Below, one piece after another: positions 11,228 to 25,970 of a stretch of DNA of 60,000 bases. This DNA comes from Botryllus schlosseri (taxonomy: Eukaryota): the NCBI GenBank assembly GCA_051294905.1, contig CM119371.1, positions 3,040,001-3,100,000 on the forward strand, read 5' to 3'. A program made the translations under genes and the position numbers. Position 1 is the stretch's first letter. Every line of letters starts with the position of its first letter. The notes beneath the pieces were generated by a model, which saw only the letters and a list, made by a program, of their open reading frames with translations, was not told where the DNA came from and made no database searches.

Positions 11228-13854
11228 CTAATGACTAAAAGAACACAAGAACTAAGACCAAGCACACGCAGCATGCGCTCGAAATGCCGTTTTGCTGATC
11301 TCTTAAGGCTGTAGCTATTTTGCTAATGTCGCCAATTACAGTATGCTGCCTGAGTAGCAATAATTCGGAAACTATGATGAAGTGAGAGACAAGGCGCTAA
11401 TTTCCGTTTGTGTATTACTATAACGTTAAATTGCATATAATCTCGGAGCAGTTTCATGCTATCTGGAACAATGAGTAGGACTGGGCAAAATCGAGTACCT
11501 GAGCAATTCGATTATGAATCGCGTATTACGCAATAAATATACGACATAACTTCTAATTGTTTATCTAAGGGCAATGGCCTGCCGCTATCACAATACTATG
11601 TCCAAGTGAAGCACTTCGTCTACGAGAGAAGTCAAAGAAATAATAATTTATTCAACCATTCTCTGAGTCAAACAATATCTCACTAGAATGTTGTTCAAGG
11701 ATATTGTTTTAAGAATGGTGTCTATTCGTGTTGCCATCGTTCATTATCAGTTAATCGAGCAGATGATTTTGAAAATAAAATAAAAATATTAATGGCAAAG
11801 TAATACCAAAAATCCTGTCGCATTCTATGAATGTTAGCATGTTGACGAATATGTTGAGTATTGACAGGAGATTGCGAGCTGCACAGTCGGACTCTCTATT
11901 AATCTTATGGTGGCGCAAGGCGGAGTTTTATTCAAGTAACAAGGCTTCAAGTCACAAGTCAATCTCCCTTTTATAGTTTTGACTTGAGTTAAGTCGATTT
12001 ATTTTCAATTAACCACCGAATCAATTCTGAGTCAAAGTAGAGGATCGAGTCTGAGTCAAAGTCATTGTGTTGACTAGACAGTTTCCAGTAAAAGTCTTGT
12101 TAAACCCACTTTTTATTACTGTTTGGTGATATCGATTACTATCGAATGGCTTGCATTTTCAATGTGCTAATTCTCCACGCTTTTAGCAGTTTTAGGTCGA
12201 ATTTTCAAGTACCAGTACCGATAGAAGAAATTACAATAGTGTGGTCACTTTGCTATTCTTTGAAATTACAATGAAATGTCGGTCTTGGGTGTCTGAGTCA
12301 CATGTCATATGACGTGTTGATCTGATTGATGCATTATTGGCATTGCTAAATGTACTTCACCCTAATACATTGGTGCTACTTTGTTCAATTTAAACCGGTT
12401 CATTTGTCAATCCTGACATATTATGATGTCAGTTCTTTGTGACGTCACCAATACCGCATACCCACGGGAAATTAGAGTTCAGCGCCTAGGGAGCATTTTA
12501 CGAGTGACAAACATGGGTATATTATGGTTGTTACTGTTAGAGGAGAGAAAATACCAAATATTCAGATCTGGAATCATATATTAAAAAAAAAACTGAAATT
12601 CATACTTAACTCACTTTTAACCTACCCAGTATATCTCTCAGACATTGATGATGTTAGTGAGATCGCAACTGATCGGTTGACATTGAAACATAATTGGCTT
12701 TTATGACGAGCTTATGATGTATCGGAGGAGCAGGCCTTTACATGATATGTTGTATGCGATCATCTTCTGCTTGCAATCAACTGTACCAAAATCAAGAGTG
12801 GCGGCGTGAGGTAGAATCAATGAACGTATCAATCTAGAACAGGTTCTTCGGCCCAGGTATTACTATCATTAGAACTGGTATATAGAGAGTTAGTCAGATC
12901 AGAGTACTCGAATGTGAGTCAAGTATTAATTCTGATGAGAGTCGACTAGTAAAATTATGCACGGTAGTCGTTTAATCAATAGAGCTTCAAGGCTGCCGTA
13001 GTGTAAACAAATATTATTAAAACCATAATTTTTGATGATAAATTAACTCCTACTGGTAATTAGTCCAGGACTAGTACGAGTTGACTTATCCAAAAAACAT
13101 TATGGTTTTAATAATATTGTACCAGGGTTGTAATGACTCGAGTCACGATTTTCTGATGACTCGACTTCACTCGAGTCCTTTTATCAAATTATGGAAATGA
13201 CTCGACTTGAGTCAATCTGTGTATTGACTCAGCTCGGACTCGAGTCATTGCTCATGACGTGAGACTTGGACGGTCAAGACCGACATTTCATTGTAATTTC
13301 GAAGAATAGTAAAGTATCCACACTATTGGGATTTCGTCTATTGGTACTGGCACTTGAAAATGCGACTAGAAACTGCTAAAAGTGAGTAAAATGAGTATAT
13401 CATAAATGCGAACCATTCGTTATTACCAAACAGAGTTATAAAAAGTTGATTTAATCTGACTTCAACTGGAAACTGAGCAGTCAACAACAGTGACTTGGAT
13501 TCAAGTCATAATACCATGACCCGGACTCGACCTTCTGCTCGCTGACTTGGACTCGGACTTGACTCAGTGGCGAATTGAAAATGACTCGACTCGATACCAA
13601 ATCAAAACTATCAAAGTAAGATTGACTTGTGACTCAGAGCCTTATGACTCGGTTACAACTATTCCTCGCAAGGTATTTTGTTATTGAATAGTAAACAGAA
13701 TTGTACAAGCTTAGGCTATAATTTAGGTAGTTGCCGAAAACTAACAACCAGTTTTTGAGTAGTTTCAACTTCCAGTCGCGTATTTTAAAAAGTGAGTCGT
13801 TTTAGTTCGAATAGCGCATTTAAAATGAAATTAAAAATAAAATAGGGAAAATAC

Positions 13855-13948
13855 GTGTCATCGTTTGGTCCAAATCAATCTTTTACATTTCCGTTCTTTT
13901 CCAATTTCTTCCATTCTATTGTGCCGAGACATTTAGCGGCTTGCGTTC
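13855..13948 (-). pseudogene. RBM28: RBM28 exon fragment (GTQAA... exon, truncated)
   Basis: tgtgtAG acceptor followed by sequence homologous to 23032-23190. Confidence 0.7.
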
Positions 13949-14299
13949 CTACACAGAAAACGACATATGGTCAATTACGTCAGCATTGTAATTTTGTAGA
14001 ACTTTTGATAGGTCAATCGAAGGTGGGTTGGCTACTTACTAGGTTGCGTCTTGACTTGGACAAAAAGAAAATTTTGAGCCTTTCTGAATTAGATTAGAAT
14101 TAGAGCTACACAAGTTTCTCCAAATTAGATTAGAATTACAATTACTGATTTTGCAAAAATTGTCTATGGGCCTACACCAAGCCTGGCTCGTTTTTTTACT
14201 GTGCCAGGGGTCACCGCAAATGCCGTCGATCTGATTTGAGATTTTTAAAGTACGTGAAATAAAGCATTTTGAAATGCTAAAATTGATTTCGGTTTTCAA

Positions 14300-16217
14300 A
14301 TTATCATTGTTGTTGTTTCAAAATAAGCTATTCGCATGCGCCCAACAACACTATTGCACACTAACTGAAACAGCTTCTGCGATGGCAAGACCATTCCATA
14401 GAGGGAGAGTCTGCTTATATCAATAAGCATATTGTCTTGACATGCAATGACCCAGACACTGCCAAGACAAAGCGGCCCAGGACATCCCAACAAGATCAAT
14501 CGTTAGGATGAGATAGTCAATCAGATTAGATTAAAATTAGATTACCGGCATTTCGCTCACTTTTGCCTAGAAGTGACATAATGAAAGGTGTTGATAGAGA
14601 AAACACACTTCAAGTGTTTGGAAAGCAAAGTCTCTCTTTAAAAACCGGTGATCAACTCTTTTTATGTTTTTTTGGATAGGCTTCTCTCATGCCACTTTGC
14701 TAACACACAATCAAAATGACAAATCCTGTTACGAGTGCTTCATTTTATATGGCACACCACATTGCAGGATGTTGTGAAAGTAAGATATTTTTGAATCAGG
14801 GTAAAGTTTAGAGTATGCTTAACGTAAAATTTCCCTCTAAACTGCATGACACATATCTTAATACCTTGTAAGGTCTTCTGAGATAACTGAACTCCAACAA
14901 ACCTGTCAGGTATCGTTCTGGTGGCCTGAATTTGGGCACACTAGGCAGTATTCCCTTTTCCGTCTTTCTTCTTTAGTGACCGAATCTTCTGACGAATATT
15001 ATCTTGAAACCATGTTCGTTGGGATTTTCTTGAGTATAGGAATCATTTGAGAAGTAATTTCGTTTTTTAGCTTCCGTTTTGTGAGAAATTTCGCTGTACG
15101 CTTTTCTTTGATTTCAGGAGCTATCCTAGAATGTAGGAATAGGTTCATATGGCCGAGTAATACAGCCCTCGTATCTGATATCTTAATATATTTTCAGAAA
15201 TAGCACCAAGGCTATTAGAGATGTCAATAGTTTGGCGCAGTGGTTCTCGCAGTTTTTGGAGCGCGACCAAATTTTGTGTTACCGTACTTTACATTTCGCA
15301 ACCCAAGATTCGCACACAGTAAAAATGCATTTCTGACACAAGTAAGCCCATGCAACTAATTTACGAGCATGTATGAATCTGACAAGGTGCAGACAAAAGG
15401 ACGGTCGACATCAAAGTAGGCTACCTATACTTTTCCGGAGTACTCAAGTAGATTTCATTAGATCTGCTAACCATATTTAGGCAGACCCACTTACTTTTTC
15501 GACTTTGGATTTTGCAAACTAGAAGATGGTTTTGGGATAGGTTCCGAGCACTTTTACGTATAAATTTCCATAACGGTGAAATGGCGTCTGTATCACGGTC
15601 ATTCAATTTATTTTCAAAAATGACACCAATTATTGAAAACATTTCTTGGCTCATTTTCAATTCAGTATTTTGCATTATCAATCAGTGCTGCTAATTAGCC
15701 ACAATCGACAAGACACGGCATGCGATTTAATTAGTTAGTTGCATATCTTCAAATGTTGTGGTTCAAGTTCTAGTTGCTCCTCTCAAAAATCCAGTGGTTT
15801 GAACAAGTTTGTTGATTTAAATTATTTTAAGAAGTGTGTAGGCCTATACCAGTGATTCTCATTGGCTGAAAGATGATCAAGTATTGTCAAGCAGGAATGA
15901 CATCAGAAAATAAAGCAGATAGCGATCAAATATAATGTCGGATATAATATCTCAAATATCAGCATCATTAGGAATTTTACCTGTTTTCAAAGGAAATTCA
16001 ACACTTGGCCTGTGACTGGTCCGAAAATGTCGGGATTAATATTGAAACTTCTCACAGCTTTCAAAGCGTTTTCGATTGTTTCTGTATGATGTTGGTGAAT
16101 GCGAATCAGAGCTATCTTCTAACTTCCAACATGTACGTTGGAATTCTTCAGATCTCGTATCGCTCGAGATTCCGTGATAACTACACCGCGCCGATCTTTG
16201 CATTGGAACAGAAGTCC
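14300..16217 (-). pseudogene. Degenerate multi-exon remnant 2, probably NACHT/NLR-like (exons 15981-16217, ~14865-15125, ~14300-14800)
   Basis: 15981-16217 is a 237-nt symmetric exon (ttttcAG...GTaaaa) with one stop. Downstream segments read LLSKHL..SINT and LLGCPGPLC...SRLSLYGMVL...GRMRIAY, weakly NACHT-like. Confidence 0.35.
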
Positions 16218-16649
16218 CTGAAAACGTGATTGCATCAGTTTATCAAAGCACTAAAAAGGTAAACATGTTAGTCAATAGCAAGGAAAAGCTATACAGTCGA
16301 GTATGCTATTTCGGACAGTTTTGTTTTGCTTCCTTTCGGCAAAAATAAGCGGAGACACTGCTTTGTCCAAATCAACCGGAAAATTAATTGCCCTCTTATG
16401 GCAACCCGGCGAACCCTTACACTAATCTGAAAGCCTTTCGTGAACCCCATATTTTTTCGAGTCACAAAAAAACCTATCACAATGCACATATACTACATTA
16501 CTATAGAACTCTAGTGCGCGGAATGACTTATGCAACAACATCAGTGTTGAGAAAAACAAAACTGTTAAAACATGATCATCACACAAAATACAAGAATGTA
16601 AATCAGTGTGACTTCTGTTGTATGAGTCGGATATGTGTTGACTTCCTGT

Positions 16650-19600
16650 GAAACTCGAGACTGACTCAGAGCAAACTTTGACAACTAGATAATTGTAGGT
16701 ATCCAATTATACTAATTAGAGGAAATTACGGTAATCTAATTATAATAAACTTTGTGAAGTGTTCCTTTGCTCTAATTTTAATTCTAATCTGACTCCTGGA
16801 ATGTTTCTAACCTCTAGTTTAAATTCTGATCCAATTTCTGGTTTTCCCAAAAATGCTACAGGGGAACTGTATCGTGCAAATCGAGTCAAGCTTGCTCTAC
16901 CGACCGTTGTCGTTCTCATGCTTATGAGACGGAGGTCTGATTTGATATGAGCTCAACTTCATTCTATGCCCAAGTTTTTGTGAATAAAGTGATTCTAATT
17001 CCAATCTAACTTTGAAAAATTGTGTAGATTTACCTCTGATTCTAATCTTAATTTGAAAAAAGTCTAGTGATAATTATAATTCTAAATCTAGTAGAGTTTG
17101 TAAAAAAACTGTGCCTTTTAGCCATCATTCTATTTCCAATCTGATTTTGAAAAGTTGAAAATGATCTAGTTGTTCAAATCTGGATCATACAACCCCTGGA
17201 GTTATCGTAGGAACACCCTGTTAGGAATCATTCCTTCAAGATAGCCTAATTGGAAAGTACGTTAATAGTTGTGATTATGACATACCTACAAGTTTTTGAC
17301 ACATCTAGGAAGATTGTGAGCACAAAGTCGAATTGTGCGTTGCATTTTTCAGTTTGACCCGCTTTGCATTTTCAATCTTTGCAACATTCTTCCATTCTAT
17401 TGCGTTGAGACCGTCAGCGGCTTGGTTCCTACACAAAAAATCACCGGTGGTCATGTAGTCAGCATCACACTTTTCTACTAGTGGTAACCATAGATGGTTA
17501 TACTTTTCAAGTAGCTTCACGCATTGTTGTTGACTCGAGTTGAGTATTTTTTTGAAATTATTGACTCGAGTCAATTTTTGTATTGACACGGCTTAAACTC
17601 GAGTCATTGCGTATGACTCTAACCAAGACACATGACTCAAGTCTGGGACGGTCAAGACAGACATTTCATTGTGACTTCGAAATATAGTGAAGCCACCGCA
17701 TCATTGGTATGTCGTCTATTAGTCCTGATACTTGGAAAATACGGCCAGGAGCTGTTAGGACTGAGGAAAAGTACGACATTCTATAACACTCGAGTAGAAG
17801 TGAAAAAAGTTGGTTGAATCGGATTGAACCCAAAACTGAACAGTGAATACAATTACTGTGTTTCCATGCAGAGCCGACGGACGACCAAAAGGCCATGACA
17901 CTTGCATTGTACATGTCGACCGTGTTTCCATGACCAGGTCTAATCCAACCCTGTCTTGGCCGAACAAGACTGACATGTACGTTTTATCTCACTATGAATT
18001 TTCACCACATCACAAGATTGCGATGAAAGGAGTCGATAGGAAGGAGCCGATACCAATAGAATCGAATATTCAATCAAACTACCCACTTCGACCTGGAACA
18101 TGCAGGTAGGCTGGATTTAAACATATAAAAATGGTCCCGAGAATGAATTTTTGGGGTTGCAACGGCCTTGCATTTCAAGCTCAAAGGCCTGTCTTTTTGA
18201 AATGCCGATTCTATCTCCAATATTACTTAGCTCATTTGCAATTCAGTAGTTTGTATTACAGTATTATCAGTTGTTAGTTCGTTGTGTTTGAGTTAATACG
18301 GCATCAGATTTTCGAAGGTCGTTAGTTTTAGATCAGAGGTTCTAAAACTGGGGGCGTGAAACCATCTGAAGGGAGGCGCGAAGCTGTGATCAAATAAATA
18401 AATAAATTCCTGCTTTGCGCAGTTTACCTCCAATTCCATTTTAGAGGATTCTCACATCAACAGTCATAACTCGGGCGATTTTTGTTACATGTCAAAAAAT
18501 GTAAAAATTGTTTACAAAGTTATATACAACTTCTTTGCAATCTGCATTTCGTTCATTTTGCAGTGTCAGTGCATTTATCGTCTGACATTTACCGCTTGCA
18601 GCCTACTTTGTAGGCCTACTGTTGAAGACGGCCCATTGTCTGCTCATTGTGAATCATAAACATTCAAATGAAACAAATAGGTTGGCATGGTGATATGCTC
18701 AACGTACCGCAATAACCTAGCTGAAGCAACACTGCGTGGGCAATGAATGGTACTTATATCAAGAAGCGTTGTACTTCTAAACATTTTAGTTATTTCTACC
18801 ATAATACGTAATGTTACTACTGCAATGCTTCATAGGGCCAGATTTCGTTAAAATAAAGTTTTTCATGTAAAAATTTTTCAGTTATATCGGCAAAATAAAA
18901 TTTTCAGCATAAACTACTTCTTAACAACAAACAGTTCCAATCAGAGGTGAAGATAAGTAGTACATTTCTAACGTTATGTGGGAAAACAACTAATTTGTAT
19001 ACGTTAGGTGAAATTTGGTCAAATTTTTTAGGTGGAAAGTGTCAAAATTTTGATTTTTTAGGTAAAAAACCCTGATCAATACCAACCATGCCATCAAACT
19101 GTTCTGATTGCGTTTGTGATATGACGATAAGGGGGCGCGAAATTTTTCAATATCAAAAAGGGGGACGTATCAAAGATCTGATTTAAATTCCAAGTTTCGC
19201 GAAGCGAGTACGGATTTTCGAAATACAGTAGTTTATTCAAGTCTGGTTACAGTACGGTACAGTACGGTAGCCTACGAGTCTACTCACGTTTTCCTTACAT
19301 TTCAGTGAGTTGATACAATTTGCCACTTTGTCAGAGGTGAAGTCATGAATCGAACGAGAGTACATCCCTTGGACATTCCGATTGCGGAATTAATGGCAAT
19401 CTGAATAGAAGATATCAAGAATGTGACAGCAACGTATTGAGTTATATGAACATATGCAGGAGAATAATGTACAAGCATCTAAGATCTGATGACCATACGT
19501 ACAACGCACTTGATATCAAAAAGGAAGCATAAAGTTTGTCATTTAATTCCAACTTTTTGATATTTGCCGTCCACTTACACACACTTGCTACAAACAAATT

Positions 19601-21226
19601 TTGAGTTCAAGCAGGTGTATTTGTGTCTGAAGCTAGCTCAAAATTGCCTTCACTTTATCATATTTGTCAGTCGGTGAGACAGATTCCGACGGTTCTATAT
19701 CGAGGCAAAGGTATTGTTTGCGGCAAGTTTCAAGCTGAGATACGCCCGCGTGTTTGTGAAAGCACAGCCTGTTGAAGTGGTCTGACGGACAGTTTTGAGA
19801 TGAACCGAGTCACTTTGCAAAAATGACTTGACTCGGTGTTTCAGAAATGCGGATTGACTCGTAACTCGAAGCAAAATCAAGTCAAGTCATCAAGAAATCG
19901 GTGTCTCTATAAATCGCTGTTATACTTTACAAAATGTTGGGATTGTTCTCGATACGCTGGTGTGACTTGTGAGAGCGACAAATCTCATTCATTCAATGAT
20001 GTTGCGTTTAACTGAACTAGAGTAGGTCAGCACCATAATACTGACGAGTTTGCGCTGAATATTAGCCCGCACATACCTAGTCGAACAAAAACTTTTCTGC
20101 CGAGATACAAATTCCTCTTGCCATCCTTCTCATTCTTTTACTTCTTCTGTTGATTTATCGTCCTTTCACGTCTGCTCACAGCTTGATTAACTCGAATCTC
20201 ATTCCCGTCCAGGTTGTTGCCCTGCAATGGTAGTCACAAAGTCGCAAATATGTTTACAGACAGACTTGTACAATAGGTGTTAAAAAACAAAACTTTTTTT
20301 CAAATTTTCATCGCCCTAATTGTCAAATCGTCAGGTTATCTTGAAAAAACGTTGCACAACAAATTTGCCTCAATTCCAACTAGTAGATGTCGAGGTCAGT
20401 CTATTGAAATTTTTGCAATTTTATAAATAGTAGTATTTACGGTGACCAATTTCGTCTCTCCGACATGACCAAAATCGTGTTCCAGGTGTGCCTGAAAAGG
20501 CAGGAATCTCTTTTCAACTTGTTTTGATCTTGACAAGGGCCTATGGTGGAGTTTGCTGTGGACATCGCCACTGAACGAAAAAACAGATATGGCATGGATT
20601 AGCTAGAAATTATTCCACTTCATTGAAATACACATGGTTAAACGATGGTTTGATAATTTTCAAATAGAGTAGGCCTACTTTATACGCTAAAATTAGGTGA
20701 CCTGACGTTTTGACAACCAATTCGATGAAATTTGAAAAAAAAGTGTTTTTTAACACCCCTATCTTGCAGCCATTGCTAGCTCAGAATCATGACTACTGCC
20801 AGCCTGAGGATGGCTTTTGAGCGTCAGAACTCCTGCTATTTCAAGCTCGAAACAGCGTCCTTTAAAAAGCCGATTTCATCTCCAATACTTCTTAGTTCAT
20901 TTGTAATTCAGTAGTTTGTATTATTATCAGTTATTAGTTCATTGTGTTTTAGTTAGTAATAGATCAGATTTTCCAAGGTTGTTAGTTCTAGGTCTGATTG
21001 AAGTAGCCAGTTTTACAAAGCGAGTGCAGATTTTGGAAATCCAGTAGTTTGTACAAGTCTGGTTACGGCGCCGGAATAGTGGTTTAAAAGTAAGCATGTA
21101 CGTATCCACCCACGTTTTCATTATCATTCAGCGAGTCATTACAATTTGTCACTTATTCGGAAGTGAGGTCTTGAATTAGACGAGAGCACATCCATTGCAT
21201 ATGACATTGGAGGAAATGATGGAGAT
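16650..21226 (-). pseudogene. RBM28: RBM28 exon copies (21114-21226, 20077-20221, 19288-19400, 17286-17428, plus MITE-split next exon)
   Basis: IAINSAIGMSKGCTLVRFMT; GNNLDGNEIRVNQAVSRRE...KRNLYLGR; GTx.AADGLNAIEWK..AKIENAKRVKLKN...LCSQ. Splice sites retained; multiple stops. Confidence 0.85.
16670..17182. mobile_element. MITE with aattcta/atcta-rich interior (family also 22475-22933, 53708-55182, fragments 14050-14170, 22250-22385)
   Basis: ca(g)acttggacaactag...ctagttgt(c)caa(g)tctg inverted termini; same site in paralogous RBM28 copies. Confidence 0.7.
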
Positions 21227-22448
21227 CTGAATACAATATGTCAAATTGACAGCAACATATTGGAATATAAGAAAACATGCTGGGAAACAATGAACATGCA
21301 TCTGATCACCATACGTACAATGTATTTAATATCAAAATGGGAGCATCAAGTTTCTCATTAAATTCGACTTTTTATATTTGCCTTTGATTTCCACGCACTT
21401 GCCGTGAATACACATTGAGTTCATTCTGATATTTGGATGACTTGTGGGTCGTGACCGCAAGCAGGGTCACTTAAACTATTTGTGGTGTCGCAATGACTCA
21501 ATGACGTTCAAGCCAGGTGGATTCGTGTCTTGAGCTATCTTAAAATTTCCTTCACTTTATTATATTTCTCAGTGGGTCGGACTGATACTGAAATGCCAAC
21601 GTTTGTATATTGAGGCATATAGCTATCCATAGAGGCAATTTTCAAGCTGTGATATGAGAGCGTGTTTGTGAAAGCATGGGCTGTTGTGATGGTTTTGCGC
21701 AGAAGACAGAGTATTTGGGATATTTTGCATCGTTCATTCAAGGCTCATGAACTAGAGTTGTTCAAAACACAGATTAATAGCCTCGCAAACAGGCAACTGG
21801 AGTGGAATATGGCGTTATTGAAAAATCATTACGGTAGTTTTCGGAAAAGCTACGGCGGAAAATAGTTTGAGGATAAGCTTGCATGGCTTCTATGAGAGAA
21901 ATTGGCATGACACCAAGGAAAAACAACCCGGCATCACCGATACCAACTTTATTTTTAAAAATTGCAGATTTCATCATTTCATTTCACGTTTCTCGTGGAG
22001 ATGCATCTGTAATTGCAAAAATTACTTCTACTAATTATTAGTGACACCTCTACTAAATCTACTTTTTTAAACTACTCAATCAAGTAATTTTAAGACGTTT
22101 CCATTTCTACTTCCACTCCACAATAACTACTATGACTTTACGATGTAAGTAAGGCGACAGCGGCTTGGCACTCGATTTCCCTGCGCGAGAGGGATATTCT
22201 TATCAACTCGTCGCAAAATGCCTCGGAAAAAGAGGCATTTTCAGGAGAGCAATAAATTAGACTAGTATTAAAATTGGAGCGTATGAACATTTCACAAATT
22301 AGATTATAATTAGAACTGAAGATCATTTTACAAATTAGATCACAATTAGATTACTGGCATTTCACTCTAATTTAGTCCAAGTCTGATTACAGGCACTGTA
22401 TATCATAGTGACTTGTGCTGTATGGGTCGGGTGTGTGTTTTGACTTAC

Positions 22449-25400
22449 CGTGAACCCTGAGATTGGCTCAGCATGACTTGGACAACTGAATAATTCTAGT
22501 TGTCTAATTACACTGATTAGAGAAAAATGTCTGTAATTTAATTCTAATATAGTTTGTGAAATGTTTCATTGCTCTAACTATAATGCTGATCTAATTCCTG
22601 GTTTTCCGTAAAATGCTACAAGAGAAGTGTATCGTGAAATGAGTCAAGGTTGGTGTTCAGACATTTGTCATTCTCATACTCATGAGGATGAGGTCTGATT
22701 TGATATGAATTGAACTTGATTACATGCTCTAGTTTTTACGAATTCGGTAACTATGATACCAATCTAATATGTTAAAAACTGTGTAGGTATTATAATAATT
22801 ATAATCTAATTAAAATAAAAATTGTATAGTTATAATTCTAATTCTAGCATGATTTGTCAAAAACTATTCAGCTAGCATTCTAATTCCAATCTGATTTGAA
22901 AAAGTCTGCAAATGATCCAGTTGTCCAAGTCTGGCTCATAGCAACACGTGGGGTTGTCGTGTGAAGACCGGTAAGGAACAACTGCTTCAAGGTCATTACA
23001 AAACATGCCAACAGTTGTGATGTTGACACACCTTCAACTTTTATCGACGACACTTCTAGGAAGTTGCGAACACAAAGTCCAGTTGCAGAGAAAGAGACGT
23101 TTGGATTTTTCAGTTTGGCCCGTTTTGCCTCTTCAATCGACGCACGTTTCTTCCATTCTATTGTGCTGAGACCTTCAGCGGCTTGCGTTCCTACACAAAA
23201 AGACACAGTTGGTCAATGTAGTGAGCATTGCAATTTTCTGCTAGTGTTAATTGGTTAATCGAAGGTGGCTACTTTCGACGTAGCTTCACGACTAAGGCAA
23301 GATCATTCATTACACTAACACACAATACACAGGTGGCATCTTCAAAACTATTTTCAAATACTTTGACACAGGGGGCAGTCATTCACTAAAATAAGTGATG
23401 CAACTTATCCTAAAACCAATTAAAACTTTTCAAAATTCAAATTGTGAGAGAAGTACTAAGATCTCAAATTTGGCTTGTGTGTTGTCTAAAAACACAACAA
23501 GAAGTTCATCATGCAGTTCAAGTATGTTACCGTACTGAAAATTTTCAGGAATTAAAATGTAGTCAGACGCTACTGGAATAATAATTTTCACAGTAAACTT
23601 CAAGTTGTAACATTGAATGCAAACTTTACAGGTAGACGGATGATAGCCATTAAAATAGCTAAAAAGGTTGAGAACCACTGGTCGATTAGGAGTCATGCGG
23701 GAACAATATCGCTTAGAAATTATGATGATTCAACAAGATACAAATGTATCGGAAGCTGAACGTTACTTTGACAAAATGTGTTATCCGGAAGTTTATGATA
23801 TCGTGCCACGCCATTGACTGCAGGTCTGCCCAATATATTACAATTTCACATCTCAATATGAAAATGCAACGAGTTGTAGGCTAGTCCTCTTGTGAGAAAA
23901 TACACATCAAATTTTGAGGTTATTTAGAGATTCGTTACGTATCTTTCCGCATCGTGTCTAGGGCTGAGAAAAATCGAGTACCTGAATGAATCGATTCTGA
24001 ATCACGAAATATGCTTTGCGCCATCTCAAGTAATCTAATATAACTCATTGCGATGTCCTACAGTTTTTGCCATCACAAGGATTACCGTAGAATATATTGC
24101 CTGTTAGCCATCTTATAAAATATGCTTTAGTATACTTTTCGACCGTACCGATTTCATTCCACTTGGTGACAATGTCATGTTATAATCATGACTTCGGAAA
24201 TGGCTACGTCCAATAACCCTAGTACTCAATGTCCCCTATGCTACATTGCTACAATACCGCCAATAAGGTTTCGAGGATTTGACAGTGAAAATAAGTACCG
24301 AAACTATAATTCTTGTTGATAAAATAACTTTCAGTGTTGATAAGCGTATACCTTCAATACTTCAAAAATATTATCTTTTACTACTCGACTCGAATCAATA
24401 AAATTAATGCTCCATTCAGATTGGAGTACTCCAATCATCGTGCCCAGCCCTAATCGTGCCATGACAGAGTTGATGATCTACTTTTGACTTACCATGACAC
24501 CACAATTCACCATGCTGTAATTGTTGTATCAAACTGTTTAAAAGCCTATACCCTACAACTCGTTCCGGAATATTTTTATTAGTGAAGTCGAAGAAGACTT
24601 GTCAGAAAAAAAAATCGTAAAATTTCAACCGTACATTCCATTTACATCTGAACGTATAAAAGAGTTAAACCCACACGAAAATGGCAGCCCTTCGAAAATA
24701 AATCCAAGAATAAAAATCAAGTTGGTGGTTCTTAATGGTACTTCGCCCCACGGAAACTTCAACCAGTTGGATTTGGGTCAGAAGCTTTTTGAAAATTGTC
24801 TTGACACTATCATATTTGTTAGTGTGTCGGACTGATACTGAGATGCTAATGGCTGTATATGGAGGCAAATATATTCATTCATAGCCTCATTTAACCATGG
24901 CTCAGCAGCAAGAAGATAGGACCGCAGAGTTGTTCAACACACAGATGAATAGATTTGCGCAGCCTTGGCAGCATCGATAAAACTGGAGTGGAACAGGCTG
25001 TTACGGAAAATCATTTATTTGCAGTACGGTGGATTTTTGAAGAAAATATTAGCGGTCAAAAATCGTTTCCTGATTATATCTTTAATTGAAGGCCATGTCA
25101 TGCTTAGAGCGCAATACCACTGAATAAAATCATTTTAGAATACTTTTGTGTATCCACATTTCCGTGTAATTGCAGCTTCAACATTATTTGTTACATTTTT
25201 TTCATTATCAGAAAACAATATGGGGTCGAATGTGAATGCTGGTTTTATTTCCATTCATTTCCTCTTTAAAAATGGCCGACCACTGGTCAAGAGTACGTCA
25301 CCACCACTATAGTGACAAATTTATTGACCCACCAAGTAATCTGGTCATACGATCCTTGATCTGCCGAGATACAAATTCCTCTTGTCCCCCTTCTAATTCT

Positions 25401-25970
25401 TTTTCTTCTTCTCTTGGTTGAGCAACCTTCACCCTTCGGTTCTGCTCACAGTTTGATATATTCGAAGCTCACTCCCGTCCGGGTTCTCACTCTAAAATGG
25501 CAGTCACCCATAGGTTTACAGTCACACTTGTACAATCAAATAATCAAGTTAGTTTACACGCAACTAACTAGTGGTTATTCAGTAGTTCCAGTTCTATTTG
25601 TTTTTTTTGGCGAAAGTAGCTCTAATTCTAATTGACGGAATTTAGGCGATACAGTGAGTCAAGCTACTTTATAGGAAACACTTCTATTAAATATTGCCTC
25701 AAAGCAGTAAATGTTCACAGGCCACAATATAGTACTTCGACTGTGCTGTTACGGTTACCTTTCAGTCACCATTAGGAACAAGTCAGGGAAATTGACAGCC
25801 AATTTCGAAAAGGAAAAACAGTGCACACCGAGGTTTATGAAAAATGGACTTGAAGGTAATTTTTCAAACCCGTACCGCTATCATTACTCACATCCGTGGT
25901 TGCACTGCTGTGCCACTTCAGATTCAAAAGTTCCCTCGCACATGCCGATGGCGGAATGATTGATGGTGAT
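22449..25970 (-). pseudogene. RBM28: RBM28 partial pseudogene in native exon order (25892-25970, ~25351-25491, 23032-23190, next exon ending at 22449)
   Basis: DGSELRIYQTVSRTEG*...DKRNLYLGR, then GTQAAEGLSTIEWKKRASIEEAKRAKLKNPNVSFSATGLCVRN(fs)LPRSVVDK. This aligns with RBM28 [51 protein letters not shown]. Confidence 0.9.
23959..24452. mobile_element. hAT-type MITE (tagggctg...cagcccta)
   Basis: 8-bp TSD atcgtgtc/atcgtgcc; homologous to 32062-32574. Confidence 0.85.

Larger units (their letters stand above)
5334..21301. repeat. Segmental duplication copy A (paralog of 44125-60000)
   Basis: Colinear anchors, e.g. 5334/44125, 7240/48257, 9370/49882, 15981/53011, 17428/55430, 21290/59989; constant ~37-41 kb offset. 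Confidence 0.95.

Noticed and set aside
9370..25970. Functional RBM28 gene
   Set aside because: Every exon set has stops or frameshifts, exon order is scrambled, and N- and C-terminal exons were not found.
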